Positions 26,989-35,501 of a stretch of DNA of 40,594 nucleotides are shown piece after piece. The notes below the pieces were generated by a model. It was not told the origin of the DNA. It saw only the letters and a list, made by a program, of their open reading frames with translations, and searched no databases. The translations under genes were made by a program, and so were the position numbers. How positions within the stretch are numbered: position 1 is the first letter of the stretch; each line of letters begins with the position of its first letter. This stretch comes from a virus (lineage: Duplodnaviria; Caudoviricetes), in the IMG/VR virus record IMGVR_UViG_3300026543_000028, positions 1 through 40,594 of that record; one strand, given 5' to 3'.

Positions 26989-28692
26989 ATGGCCTCCTTT
27001 GCACCAGTCAGTTTAATCATACCCCAGTATCAAGACCCGGACGATAATACACCGGCGAATGGTTTTGTAATGAAAGCCTTTAAGGCTGGAACCACTACCA
27101 ACATTGTTATGGCGACCAATGAAACGGGAAGTACGACGTTTACCAGTGTTGCCTTGAATTCATCTGGCTATCCTGAACATTTGGGTGAGCAGATAATTCC
27201 TTATATCGATCAAAAGTATAAGTTGTCCTTTTTCGCCACTCAGGCGGATGCTGATGCCAATACTAACCCGGTGTGGTCGATTGATAACAACACACCCGTC
27301 ACTGTTACTGGTTCATTTACTTTAAACGATGCGGTTAGTGGAGGTGCAAGTGATGTAGTCACTATGACCCACACCACCACAGGCACTCCTACGGCGGGTA
27401 TAGGGACTGCAATAGCGTTTGTTACTGAGACTGCTGATGATAACAACGAAACAGGGGCCAGGATTGCTTCTGTCTCTACAGATGTTTCAAGTGGGTCTGA
27501 AGACTTTGACCTGGTTGGTTTCACAATGGCAGCGGGTGCTACTGCTGCTGAGAGATACCGATCAAAGTCTACGAATGAATTCACTATCCCTACAGGTGGT
27601 TTTTATTCAATAAATTCAGTCAGTTTGTTAAATGCGACAACTCTAGGATCTTCGGTTGTTAATTCAAGCCTAACCTCCTTGGGTACGGGTGTTGTTCTTA
27701 CGACACCACAGATAAACGATACCTCTTCAGACCATCAATATATATTTGCAGTGAGTGAATTATCCGCAGATAGAACGGTTACTCTGCCTCTATTGACAGG
27801 AAATGATACCTTTGTCTTCACTGGTTTTACCCAAACATTAAGCAATAAAACGTTTGTCGCTCCTGCTTTAGGTACGCCTGCTTCGGGTGTTTTGACCAAT
27901 ACTACAGGGCTTCCTATATCCACAGGTGTTTCTGGGCTAGGTACTAACGTAGCGACAGCTCTTGCGGTTGCTATAGGTTCTGCTGGTGCTACGGTTCTCT
28001 TTGATGGCGCAGGGGGCACACCAACCTCTCTAGTCTTAACCAATGGCACAGTACTCCCTTTGACTACAGGCGTTACAGGCAATTTACCTGTAGGTAATTT
28101 AAATTCGGGGACAAGTGCTAGCTCTAGTACGTTCTGGAGAGGGGACGCAACATGGGCAACTCCTGCCGCTGGTGCATTGGTACATCTTTCCACTGTCTCT
28201 GCTTCTGCGGCGTCTACAGTGGATGTAGAAACCACTTTTAGCAGTACTTTTGATTCTTACATTATTATTGCTTCTGGGGTCGAAATGACCACCAATAATA
28301 ATAACGATATTCATGTGTTAATGAAATTAGGCGGTTCCTACGCCACGTCGGCTTATCGATACCTGGGAATCAAGCAACTCAGTGGCGACGCAACACATAG
28401 CGCCCTTAACTCAGACTCCGCTGCATCGATTGTCGTAGTTCCTACTTTGGGTATTGATGCTGACGAGAGCGCCAATATAGTGATACGAATTTTCAACCCT
28501 GCCAGTACAGCCTTCTCGAAACAAATCATCTTTGAAAGCAATGCTATTGTAAGTGCCAACTCAATGAGCGGGTTTGTGGGTGCGGGCATGAATGACGGGA
28601 CGGGCGCACTAACAGGCATTAGATTCAAGGCTGTGGCAGTAGCGGATACTCTTACCGGAGAATTCAGATTGTACGGCGTAGCGAATTCATAG
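26989..28692 (+). CDS. Tail fibre protein
   Basis: N-terminal head-binding module (FKAGTTT...LNSSGYP), GTP(A/T)S.VLTN..LP..TGV repeats, [14 protein letters not shown]-terminus. Confidence 0.82.
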   Translation: MASFAPVSLIIPQYQDPDDNTPANGFVMKAFKAGTTTNIVMATNETGSTTFTSVALNSSGYPEHLGEQIIPYIDQKYKLSFFATQADADANTNPVWSIDNNTPVTVTGSFTLNDAVSGGASDVVTMTHTTTGTPTAGIGTAIAFVTETADDNNETGARIASVSTDVSSGSEDFDLVGFTMAAGATAAERYRSKSTNEFTIPTGGFYSINSVSLLNATTLGSSVVNSSLTSLGTGVVLTTPQINDTSSDHQYIFAVSELSADRTVTLPLLTGNDTFVFTGFTQTLSNKTFVAPALGTPASGVLTNTTGLPISTGVSGLGTNVATALAVAIGSAGATVLFDGAGGTPTSLVLTNGTVLPLTTGVTGNLPVGNLNSGTSASSSTFWRGDATWATPAAGALVHLSTVSASAASTVDVETTFSSTFDSYIIIASGVEMTTNNNNDIHVLMKLGGSYATSAYRYLGIKQLSGDATHSALNSDSAASIVVVPTLGIDADESANIVIRIFNPASTAFSKQIIFESNAIVSANSMSGFVGAGMNDGTGALTGIRFKAVAVADTLTGEFRLYGVANS

Positions 28693-28700
28693 GAATAATC

Positions 28701-28985
28701 ATGAGAAAGCATGCAACAGCAGCAGGGGACGTACCTTACACAGCACAAGAAGAGATTGACGCAGATATTGAAGATGCGGCGGCGGCGGCAGCATTGCCAG
28801 CTAAAAAAGCGGCTGAGGTAAGAGATAAAAGAGATAGACTTCTACGAGGTTCTGACCATAGTCAACTACCCGATTCCCCTGCGGATAAACCTGCGTATGT
28901 GCTTTATAGATTAGCTTTAAGGAACCTGCCTAATCACGCTAACTTTCCTGATTTACTTCCTGGTGACTGGCCTGTAGCTCCTTAA
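28701..28985 (+). CDS. Tail fibre assembly chaperone
   Basis: VRDKRDRLL..SD..QLPDSP...YR.ALRNLP...WP motif. Confidence 0.85.
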   Translation: MRKHATAAGDVPYTAQEEIDADIEDAAAAAALPAKKAAEVRDKRDRLLRGSDHSQLPDSPADKPAYVLYRLALRNLPNHANFPDLLPGDWPVAP

Positions 28986-28988
28986 GGT

Positions 28989-29023
28989 GGGGCACCCCCT
29001 CTGGGAGAATGAGAGAGTACCCC
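28989..29023 (-). terminator. Hairpin where the two arms converge
   Basis: - strand GGGGUACUCUCUC/GAGGGGGUGCCCC, 13 bp with G-U pairs; no clear U tract. Confidence 0.5.
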
Positions 29024-29036
29024 GTGGAGCAAATCG

Positions 29037-29399
29037 TTAACTTTTGCCTTTCCAGTACGCTGGACCCCCAAATACTACCACCGCTTCGTAATATTTCAAT
29101 GCTCTACGCCTTCTCAGAGGCTTCAGGAAGCGATTAGACCTGGATTCGATCAATCGTAGGCAGTTGTTTAAAAACACCCTGTCGGCTTCCTGCTTGTCCT
29201 CAATGGTCTTTCCTACGTGGTACATCCAGTCGTGTCGATCACAAGCCGCTTTAATCTTTAACCCGTAAATACTGTCAGGAACAAAATCAAACTTAGCCTT
29301 AGAAGATCCACATCCATTACAGACCTGCGCTTTTCTTTCACAACTTGCCTGCGTAAATGAAATAGGTTCGTATAGTTTGACATTTGGCTTAACCTTCAC
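29037..29399 (-). CDS. Prokaryotic phospholipase A2-like (DUF1353-related) protein
   Basis: CNGCG, AACDRHDWMY, ADRVF and YYEAV..FG motifs. Confidence 0.7.
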   Translation of the reverse strand: MKVKPNVKLYEPISFTQASCERKAQVCNGCGSSKAKFDFVPDSIYGLKIKAACDRHDWMYHVGKTIEDKQEADRVFLNNCLRLIESRSNRFLKPLRRRRALKYYEAVVVFGGPAYWKGKS

Positions 29400-29799
29400 G
29401 CATTAACTCCGCTAAATCATGTGATCTTTGGCCTACTTGTCTTGACCATTTTGAATCGAGCATCTGTTCTGCTGCTTCGTCGTAGTCAGAACGTCTGAGA
29501 GCTGCCCAGAATCGATTAAAGGTTAAATAGGTAGGACAACCCATGTTAAACATCATGCTCACTAGGACGATCTGACGGTCTTCTGAGAGGTCGCACCATT
29601 CTGGATAGACTCGGTGTAATTCTTCCTCTGCCTCTTCAATATCGTCAACTAGCATATTTTCAATACTGTCGAGAGTCATCCCATTGTCGGTTAAATTATG
29701 CCCTACGCCTATAGTAAGCTTACCCGCAGTATCCACATAGGGGAATTGCTTTACCCCCTCATGGCGTTTTAATAATTCAATTAGTTTGTCTCTGTCCAT
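29389..29799 (-). CDS. Endolysin, GH24 lysozyme
   Basis: RHEG...YVDTAGKLTIGVGHNL...MFNMG...DSKWSRQVG.R. Confidence 0.93.
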   Translation of the reverse strand: MDRDKLIELLKRHEGVKQFPYVDTAGKLTIGVGHNLTDNGMTLDSIENMLVDDIEEAEEELHRVYPEWCDLSEDRQIVLVSMMFNMGCPTYLTFNRFWAALRRSDYDEAAEQMLDSKWSRQVGQRSHDLAELMREG

Positions 29800-29804
29800 A
29801 CAGG

Positions 29805-30086
29805 CTAGTCTTCGTGCCTCAAGTCGCCTATTTCGGTATTTTTTTTTATCAACTCTTCTTGGCGAATATTGTCCTGAAGTATCATGGACACAGAGGCAGA
29901 TATCTCCATTACCGTTCCCTGTAAAGTTATCTGGTCTTTCTGGTATTGGGCTTGGTTGATTAGAATGCTAGTCATACAGGCAGTGACAATAACAGCGACC
30001 GTCAGCAACCAATAACCAAATCGTCGCATATTGGCCGGGGTTATCTGATTGATAGTCTCTTGTGCGAACGCGTTATCTTCCGGCAT
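29805..30086 (-). CDS. Single-TM protein, holin/lysis accessory candidate
   Basis: FGYWLLTVAVIVTACMTSILI segment; directly upstream of lysozyme; start moved to ATG 30086. Confidence 0.6.
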   Translation of the reverse strand: MPEDNAFAQETINQITPANMRRFGYWLLTVAVIVTACMTSILINQAQYQKDQITLQGTVMEISASVSMILQDNIRQEELIKKNTEIGDLRHED

Positions 30087-30210
30087 ACAGCGCCCCAAAT
30101 AAAATAATCCAAACAATAATGAGTAACAGCAGCGGGAAATAGTCTTTCCGGCTAAGGTGTCTTAAAGCTCTCGAAACAGTACCTTTTAACCATTGCATAC
30201 CATGGTTCAT
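30073..30210 (-). CDS. 45-aa single-TM peptide (not in ORF track)
   Basis: MNHGMQWLKGTVSRALRHLSRKDYFPLLLLIIVWIILFGALYAGR; GGAAGG RBS. Confidence 0.55.
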   Translation of the reverse strand: MNHGMQWLKGTVSRALRHLSRKDYFPLLLLIIVWIILFGALYAGR

Positions 30211-30676
30211 CTGTGCCACCTTCCTTGATCCCTTTACTTTGGCGGTAATTTCTACATGATATACATGTTAGGACGCACATCAAAACGAATATTCCATTAA
30301 TAATCGACAAATGGTATAGCGGATAGCCCCCAAAGAGGAAAAAAATGGCATCTGTAAGAATCATTCCTACACACAAAACCATTATGCTGTCACCAAATAA
30401 ACCTACGGGAGCATCAAAAAAGAAGTTAGCCACGACCAAGCCAGCAAATATTAACCCATGAACAATCATCAATTCTCTGGCATCCAACCAAATAGCATCG
30501 GCCCACGCAGTAGCGACTAAGGCGCTCAAAAATGCTATCATTATGTAGGAGCTTTTGTTGGTCAGGGCCTCTCTTTTCAGAGGGATGAGGGTGTAGACAT
30601 ACAAGGCAAAAAGGAAGTAACCGGCATGCATGACAAACCAAATAAGGGGAGGCAGCAGCCAGTCAGGAATGGCCAT
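30152..30676 (-). CDS. Polytopic membrane protein (about 5 TM)
   Basis: Several hydrophobic segments; TAATG coupling at 30676. Confidence 0.7.
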   Translation of the reverse strand: MAIPDWLLPPLIWFVMHAGYFLFALYVYTLIPLKREALTNKSSYIMIAFLSALVATAWADAIWLDARELMIVHGLIFAGLVVANFFFDAPVGLFGDSIMVLCVGMILTDAIFFLFGGYPLYHLSIINGIFVLMCVLTCISCRNYRQSKGIKEGGTDEPWYAMVKRYCFESFKTP

Positions 30677-31041
30677 TAGCAACCTACACACAAGGGGCAG
30701 CACGGTTTATTCCCCTCATTGGCCCCGAAGTGTGTAGCAATTATGGTCATTTTGTCGTGAATTCGCTTCAATCCCTCGTACATCCAGAGGTCTTGTTCGG
30801 TTCCCCCATCTAAAACACGGCTTTTAGAGTCAGCTTCTGCTGCTAACATCAACACCGACATGCGAGTACAGGTCATTTGTTTTAGGTCGCCACCATCGGA
30901 GATTTCTTTGACTGCCTTATCCCAGACCCGCTTAATTTCTTTTAGATCTTCAGCGTCACCAGAGGAAACATTACCCGTTAAAAAACCTATCCAATCCGTC
31001 ACAATGTCTATCGTTCCGTCCAGTGTGGCTATGCAAGTCAT
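30676..31041 (-). CDS. Hypothetical protein with Cys-rich C-terminus
   Basis: AAGGA RBS; ends KPCCPLCVGC. Confidence 0.65.
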   Translation of the reverse strand: MTCIATLDGTIDIVTDWIGFLTGNVSSGDAEDLKEIKRVWDKAVKEISDGGDLKQMTCTRMSVLMLAAEADSKSRVLDGGTEQDLWMYEGLKRIHDKMTIIATHFGANEGNKPCCPLCVGC

Positions 31042-31116
31042 GACTAATTCCTTTAGCTTGGTAAAATCCCATTATGCTTGATTGGGGGCAGAATGCTAGT
31101 GTATGAAGTTAGGGGG

Positions 31117-31187
31117 TGGGTTTTCCTTAGACCGCTAGACACTCGTTAGAATGCCCAGTGCACACTATGCGGCCTCAAGGGGACCCA
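31117..31187 (-). ncRNA. Candidate structured RNA (long bulged hairpin)
   Basis: UGGGU/ACCCA, CCUU/AAGG, AGGCCG/CGGUCU, CUGGGCAUUC-UAAC-GAGUGUCUAG. Confidence 0.55.
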
Positions 31188-31193
31188 TAATAG

Positions 31194-31320
31194 GTAGTGA
31201 GGTTGATGCTAGCCAGCATGGCTAAGGTCTTGTCTTGCTTGATGTGAACAAGCACGGGTCGGCCATTGACAAGCTCAGGCATCTGTTAATGAAATCTCAA
31301 ACTAACACCAACCTCACTAC
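31194..31320 (-). ncRNA. Candidate structured RNA with 19-bp closing stem
   Basis: GUAGUGAGGUUGGUGUUAG/CUAGCAUCAACCUCACUAC (2 G-U); inner CUUGUC/GACAAG and UGCUUG/CAAGCA. Confidence 0.65.
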
Positions 31321-31469
31321 TCACTAATAGGGACTCCCGCTCCTTTGCACTTTTTGCATTTAATATATTTGTGGTGGTTTTTGGCCGACACATTAAGATT
31401 ATACTCGCACGGCTCCAGTCCTGACCCGTGGCAACGATCACATAATTCTATTTCCTTACAACGAGTCAA
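31317..31469 (-). CDS. DnaJ-type CxxCxGxG zinc-finger micro-protein, 50 aa (TTG start)
   Basis: CDRCHGSG...CKKCKGAG. Confidence 0.6.
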   Translation of the reverse strand: MTRCKEIELCDRCHGSGLEPCEYNLNVSAKNHHKYIKCKKCKGAGVPISE

Positions 31470-32193
31470 TAGTGGCCTTCACATAATCCATGCCTGCATC
31501 ATCTGCACTGTCTCTAGCAGCCTCAGACAAACCTTTAAACAAAGCCTCCGCTCTTTCTGGATGATCGCGCACAAATTTCGCGGCGGTTTCTCTGTATATA
31601 TGACAGATAGGGCATTCGGGGTCATCGCCGCTTTTCTCGACACATGTACACGGACAGCTCAAATCTTCTTTCAATTCTTTCCACATTGCATCTAGCATGG
31701 TTCCTCCTCCACTTAATTTACCCTCCAGCTTCTTAATTCTGTATTCCAAATTATCATTCATGAGGTGCATATATTCCTCAATGCGGTCCAATTGGGATTG
31801 CTCAGGAAAGCATTTTGGACAATGCGCGTCATGGCATGTGGATTGTCCCTCAGCATGGTTAGGCTTGTCATATTTCCAAGTTGATGGATCGTCGCTTCTT
31901 GAGCCTGTTGGCGGCGTATAAGCAACCGCACATACCCCTAAGTGTTCCTCGCCATAATACAGGCAGCCTAGTGTTCTACACCCTCTCATGACCTCCTTCA
32001 TCGGACCTGGTTTACAAATAGTGGAGGCGTCTCCCAAATACTGAGTAGCAAATAGTTCTGCCCTCTCTTCAGCCACCGACCCGCCCGCTTTCTCGGCATA
32101 TGCTTTATGTCCTTTGAGCGCAGCGAGTGTACAGTCTGGACATATCAAGGCTCCAACAGTACTATTTTCACAATATGAACTAGCGCATTGCAT
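31456..32193 (-). CDS. Cys-rich multi-module hypothetical protein
   Basis: Several CxxC pairs; QSQLDRIE; GGAG RBS. Confidence 0.7.
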   Translation of the reverse strand: MQCASSYCENSTVGALICPDCTLAALKGHKAYAEKAGGSVAEERAELFATQYLGDASTICKPGPMKEVMRGCRTLGCLYYGEEHLGVCAVAYTPPTGSRSDDPSTWKYDKPNHAEGQSTCHDAHCPKCFPEQSQLDRIEEYMHLMNDNLEYRIKKLEGKLSGGGTMLDAMWKELKEDLSCPCTCVEKSGDDPECPICHIYRETAAKFVRDHPERAEALFKGLSEAARDSADDAGMDYVKATIDSL

Positions 32194-32222
32194 CTTCTTT
32201 CTCCGTTATAAGGGTTAAAGGC

Positions 32223-32290
32223 GGGGTGGTGGCGTTCCTTAAGACGCCGCGCCATCATTTGCTATAAGGTTTTGCCGATTGACCCACCCC
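32223..32290 (-). ncRNA. Candidate three-way-junction RNA
   Basis: GGGGUGG/CCACCCC closing stem; GGCGU/ACGCC; GUCAAUC/GAU-GGC. Confidence 0.5.
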
Positions 32291-32297
32291 ATAAAAC

Positions 32298-32543
32298 TTA
32301 GTCTAGGAAATTCTCGTCATTTTCCCAGTCGTGTTCTGTTTCTTCGGCCGCTTCTTCGTCCTCTCTCCGTTTATTGAATGCAGCTACCGGGTCTTTTCTG
32401 TAACTCCATTGGGCTAAAATACCGTACCCAAGCAGCCCAAAGGTGAACTCAATAGACCTAATATCTCTGAACACCACCAGATTACAGCGGATAATCCAGA
32501 ATATCTGCTTCCCGTTATATGTTTTGAGTAACCCTCTTTTCAT
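32298..32543 (-). CDS. Hypothetical protein
   Basis: ORF track; GAGGAAAGGG RBS. Confidence 0.6.
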   Translation of the reverse strand: MKRGLLKTYNGKQIFWIIRCNLVVFRDIRSIEFTFGLLGYGILAQWSYRKDPVAAFNKRREDEEAAEETEHDWENDENFLD

Positions 32544-32757
32544 TTTCCCTTTCCTCTAATGGGCAACTCAATACCCTGCTAAGTCTACCCCCACGTTGAA
32601 CTGAGTAGAATTGTGTATATTCGCAGTTTTCTATAAATGTCTCCCTTTTGTCGTTATCTTTATTCGCCAAAATCATGAGCGCAGAAAAAATAATAATCAC
32701 GATAAGAGTTATTATCCATGTTACGTCACGTCTAAATATTCTAGCCTCGTCAATCAT
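32515..32757 (-). CDS. Single-TM protein
   Basis: WIITLIVIIIFSALMILA; ATGA overlap. Confidence 0.65.
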   Translation of the reverse strand: MIDEARIFRRDVTWIITLIVIIIFSALMILANKDNDKRETFIENCEYTQFYSVQRGGRLSRVLSCPLEERENEKRVTQNI

Positions 32758-32924
32758 TTCATTTCTCCCCTGCACTCGTGTTTAATGAGAACGACATTGG
32801 CAAAGATGCAGCCAACAAAGAATATGGCCGTATCAACCTGATTCTCCATGAGTCCCAAGCCCCACCCCATCAAGACCACAACCGCTAGTTCAAACAACGT
32901 CAATATGTGTGCTTTTACGATCAT
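32754..32924 (-). CDS. Small two-TM protein
   Basis: Start moved to ATG 32924 after GGGGAG; two hydrophobic segments. Confidence 0.65.
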   Translation of the reverse strand: MIVKAHILTLFELAVVVLMGWGLGLMENQVDTAIFFVGCIFANVVLIKHECRGEMK

Positions 32925-32958
32925 CCCATCTCCCCTATAGTTAGTTACACTTATTTTA

Positions 32959-33225
32959 GAGTCACCAAACCCTTTTCCCACATGCAGGTTAGTAATATCT
33001 ACTTCCTCTACGCTTCACTGGATTTCTCCCCAGATCACTACGTAGCGCGGTACTCAGTTCCTTTCTCTTGATAGAGCCACATACAGGTCCCATTAGTGAC
33101 TTGGATACAAAGGGTTAAAGCATTGCCAAGGTTTCGTTTGTCCTGTGTTTTCTGTGTCGGACTGAACACCAGATCGAGTTTGTTTTATAGCTAAACCGTA
33201 CTGCTTCTAAACGCTATTTGTGCGC
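32959..33225 (-). ncRNA. Candidate large structured RNA (about 270 nt) with kink-turn and pseudoknot
   Basis: GGUGUUCAGU/ACUGAGUACC; k-turn-like arm 33008-33045; AGUCACUAA/UUGGUGACU and AACCCUUU/AAAGGGUU. Confidence 0.6.
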
Positions 33226-33540
33226 TTAGTAGCTACTTTCTTCTGCGGCCCTAATCATTCTGGTTGTCGCAGAAGTCACTGCGGTTTGGATTACTTCAGA
33301 AGTCACCCTCTCTTCTACATCCTTCGTTACGGCTTCACGTATTTGCTCTGTGAACTTTTCCTTAACGACTTCTCCGCAAATCTGGCTTATATATGCCTTG
33401 ATACATTTGTCTATAGGATTGTCATAGCTCGGAGCCAGCGCTTTTTTTATTCCGTCCTCCACTGCCTTGCCGAACCCAGATTTCATGATGGTGTCTTTAA
33501 CTAACTGCTCTATATCTTCTGGTGTTAGATTTAAATCCAC
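33226..33540 (-). CDS. Helical hypothetical protein
   Basis: GTG start with GGAG RBS. Confidence 0.7.
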   Translation of the reverse strand: MDLNLTPEDIEQLVKDTIMKSGFGKAVEDGIKKALAPSYDNPIDKCIKAYISQICGEVVKEKFTEQIREAVTKDVEERVTSEVIQTAVTSATTRMIRAAEESSY

Positions 33541-33565
33541 AGTCTCATCTCCAAAAAGTTAATTT

Positions 33566-33652
33566 CGGCTAGAAAGAGTCTGAGAGATAAGTTAAGATAC
33601 TGCTTTGTCATGAAGACGATACTTCCTTATCGATCGAGGCTCGCTCAAGCCG
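33566..33652 (-). ncRNA. Candidate structured leader RNA
   Basis: CGGCU/AGCCG closing; GAUAAG/CUUAUC; GAAG/CUUC. Confidence 0.4.
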
Positions 33653-33659
33653 TTTGACA

Positions 33660-33693
33660 AAATTGTAACAAGGGGCCGTCATTTCGACCCCCG
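33660..33693 (-). terminator. Intrinsic terminator-like hairpin
   Basis: GGGGUCG-AAAUGA-CGGCCCC then UUGUUACAAUUUU. Confidence 0.55.
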
Positions 33694-33739
33694 CACCACA
33701 ATTCACCTACCAATATACACCCATAAGCAGGGGATACAA

Positions 33740-34039
33740 CTAGAATATCAGCGCTCTAATGTCATTGGTTATTCGCCTGATTGTGTCGGCTTTTCCATTA
33801 AGATCATCTGGAGTGTTGGCCAGAGTAGTCTCCAACGAAGTAAGGCAAGTTGGCGCTTCCCCAGCCTTGCCCCCTATTTCTTGAGGAGTTCCTCTGATTT
33901 CATCCAGTAGATTGTCTAGGTAGTTAATAGCCGAATTAACATTATCCACCGCATTTCGTATTGCCTCGTGCTTATACTCGGTTCGATCGGTTGCTGCTGC
34001 TTGTTGTGCTGCCATTCCTGCTGCTAGTGCTTCGCTCAT
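33740..34039 (-). CDS. Helical hypothetical protein
   Basis: GAGGA RBS. Confidence 0.7.
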   Translation of the reverse strand: MSEALAAGMAAQQAAATDRTEYKHEAIRNAVDNVNSAINYLDNLLDEIRGTPQEIGGKAGEAPTCLTSLETTLANTPDDLNGKADTIRRITNDIRALIF

Positions 34040-34098
34040 CTTACTTTCCTCTTTTTGGTTAATAATTAGTTTCCATGAACACGGTTATCAAGGGTTAA

Positions 34099-34380
34099 CT
34101 AGCCTCTCATGTGTTTATATTGGAGATATTTCTTGGCATACCAATCGCGCCATACCCTGTTAACTGTTTGTTCGTAATTACGTTTCAAATGCCTGCGAAC
34201 AATTGATGTCCAGCTTCCACTTCCGCTCTTTCCGGCTGGCAATCTGGAGTGTATAGGCCCTCTTTTAACCGGCCCATCCCATCCCTTAAAATACTTCACC
34301 GGCTTTCCAGAGCATTTATTAGGGTTCCTGTGCAATATTCTGTTGCCAGATAATCCGAATCTTCGCTGTATTTCTTTCAT
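34099..34380 (-). CDS. Basic hypothetical protein
   Basis: AGGAG RBS. Confidence 0.6.
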   Translation of the reverse strand: MKEIQRRFGLSGNRILHRNPNKCSGKPVKYFKGWDGPVKRGPIHSRLPAGKSGSGSWTSIVRRHLKRNYEQTVNRVWRDWYAKKYLQYKHMRG

Positions 34381-34392
34381 ATTTTCTGTCTC

Positions 34393-35004
34393 CTATACCT
34401 GTGATTCCAAGTCTTTACATTTAGCTTTGTATTTAATTTCCACTTCTCGATAGAAATCTACTGTTATTTTGATAATCGGCTGAGGGCCATCAAGCTTTTC
34501 CAGAATTTCCTTGCCTTTCTTTTCGCCATGTCTAACCAGCATTCCTTTTCGATATTCAGATATGTTGCCTGATCGATTTTTGTTGCAATTAAACCAGCAC
34601 TGTCCGTGTATGTTATCCGGATCATATCGGAGGGCTGTACAACTCCCAGCTGTGATGAGATGTCCCGCGCTAAACTTGACTGTACCCCATTTAGCACCGC
34701 AGCTAATGCAGGGTTTTCCGGTATCACGTAGCACCACGTATCTGTTGCACCACCTATCAGCCGCTTTACGCCTGGTTGTAATATCGTTTTCATAGAATTC
34801 TCGCTTTCTCTTCCGGTTATTGGCCTTCTCTGCGCTCTGTGACCGCTTTCTAGCCCTTTCCTGCTGTAACCTGACCTTTGCCAGTGCTTTTAGTGCTAAT
34901 GCCTCTCTACAGCCCTCACAGCACCATTTAACGTACTTAGGCGTGTCTGCATCGACTCTGAAATACTCAGGACAGTTCCGGCACTTCCTTTTGCTATTTG
35001 CCAC
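34393..35004 (-). CDS. ninG: NinG/Rap-family recombination endonuclease
   Basis: RKCRNC...; YVVLRD..KPCISCG...AGH...LRY...NIHGQC..NCN..RSGNI..YR. Confidence 0.92.
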   Translation of the reverse strand: MANSKRKCRNCPEYFRVDADTPKYVKWCCEGCREALALKALAKVRLQQERARKRSQSAEKANNRKRKREFYENDITTRRKAADRWCNRYVVLRDTGKPCISCGAKWGTVKFSAGHLITAGSCTALRYDPDNIHGQCWFNCNKNRSGNISEYRKGMLVRHGEKKGKEILEKLDGPQPIIKITVDFYREVEIKYKAKCKDLESQV

Positions 35005-35501
35005 TATTTATCCAGCCAGATCATTTTCCCACGGATCCCCGAAGTAGAAAGAGCATTTGCGTCTTCGGCACTGTAAGCCACTAATACAGATGGTGCTCCA
35101 GCGTTAGCTTTTGCTCTGGATCCATCTACATGGTGGAAATACAAGCGGCCCTCTATAAATAAAACCCCAAAAGCCTTGTCCCATACCTGCTCAAAAAACA
35201 TTTTGGTTTCAGTTCGAGCAAAGATCAAAGCAATACCATTCCTGTGTTCGGCGAGCATTTCGAGCCATTTTGCAGCTTCCAAGCCATAGGGAGGATTGCA
35301 CCACACCCTACCAAACCATTTCTGAGCCAATCCATCGAATCCATTTTCTTTTGTGAAGTGATAATTAGCAGTATCCCACGGCCTTACAATTGGCGCACAC
35401 GGATCCAGATCAAACTCTCCCAGCGCTGCAATTATCTCTGGCGGTGTTAGCCATTCGTCTTTTGCCATTGTTGCGCCTTGATGTGTTCCCATTCCACTCA
35501 T
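35004..35501 (-). CDS. Phage DNA N6-adenine methyltransferase (phage Dam family)
   Basis: DEWLTPP, FDLDPCA, VWCNPPYG, ALIFARTET, GRL.F. Confidence 0.92.
   Translation of the reverse strand: MSGMGTHQGATMAKDEWLTPPEIIAALGEFDLDPCAPIVRPWDTANYHFTKENGFDGLAQKWFGRVWCNPPYGLEAAKWLEMLAEHRNGIALIFARTETKMFFEQVWDKAFGVLFIEGRLYFHHVDGSRAKANAGAPSVLVAYSAEDANALSTSGIRGKMIWLDK

Noticed and set aside
27240-28748. Several minus-strand ORFs inside the tail fibre
   Set aside because: Shadow frames of a Thr/Gly/Ser-rich gene
26989-28985. Diversity-generating retroelement or invertible tail-fibre cassette
   Set aside because: No reverse transcriptase, invertase or template/variable repeat pair seen
32925-32981. N-terminal extension of ORF 32754-32981
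   Set aside because: A strong RBS supports ATG 32924; the upstream part belongs to the structured non-coding region
32223-33693. tRNA or tmRNA genes in the GGGG...CCCC elements
   Set aside because: No GTTCRA T-loop, D-arm, anticodon arm or CCA end seen
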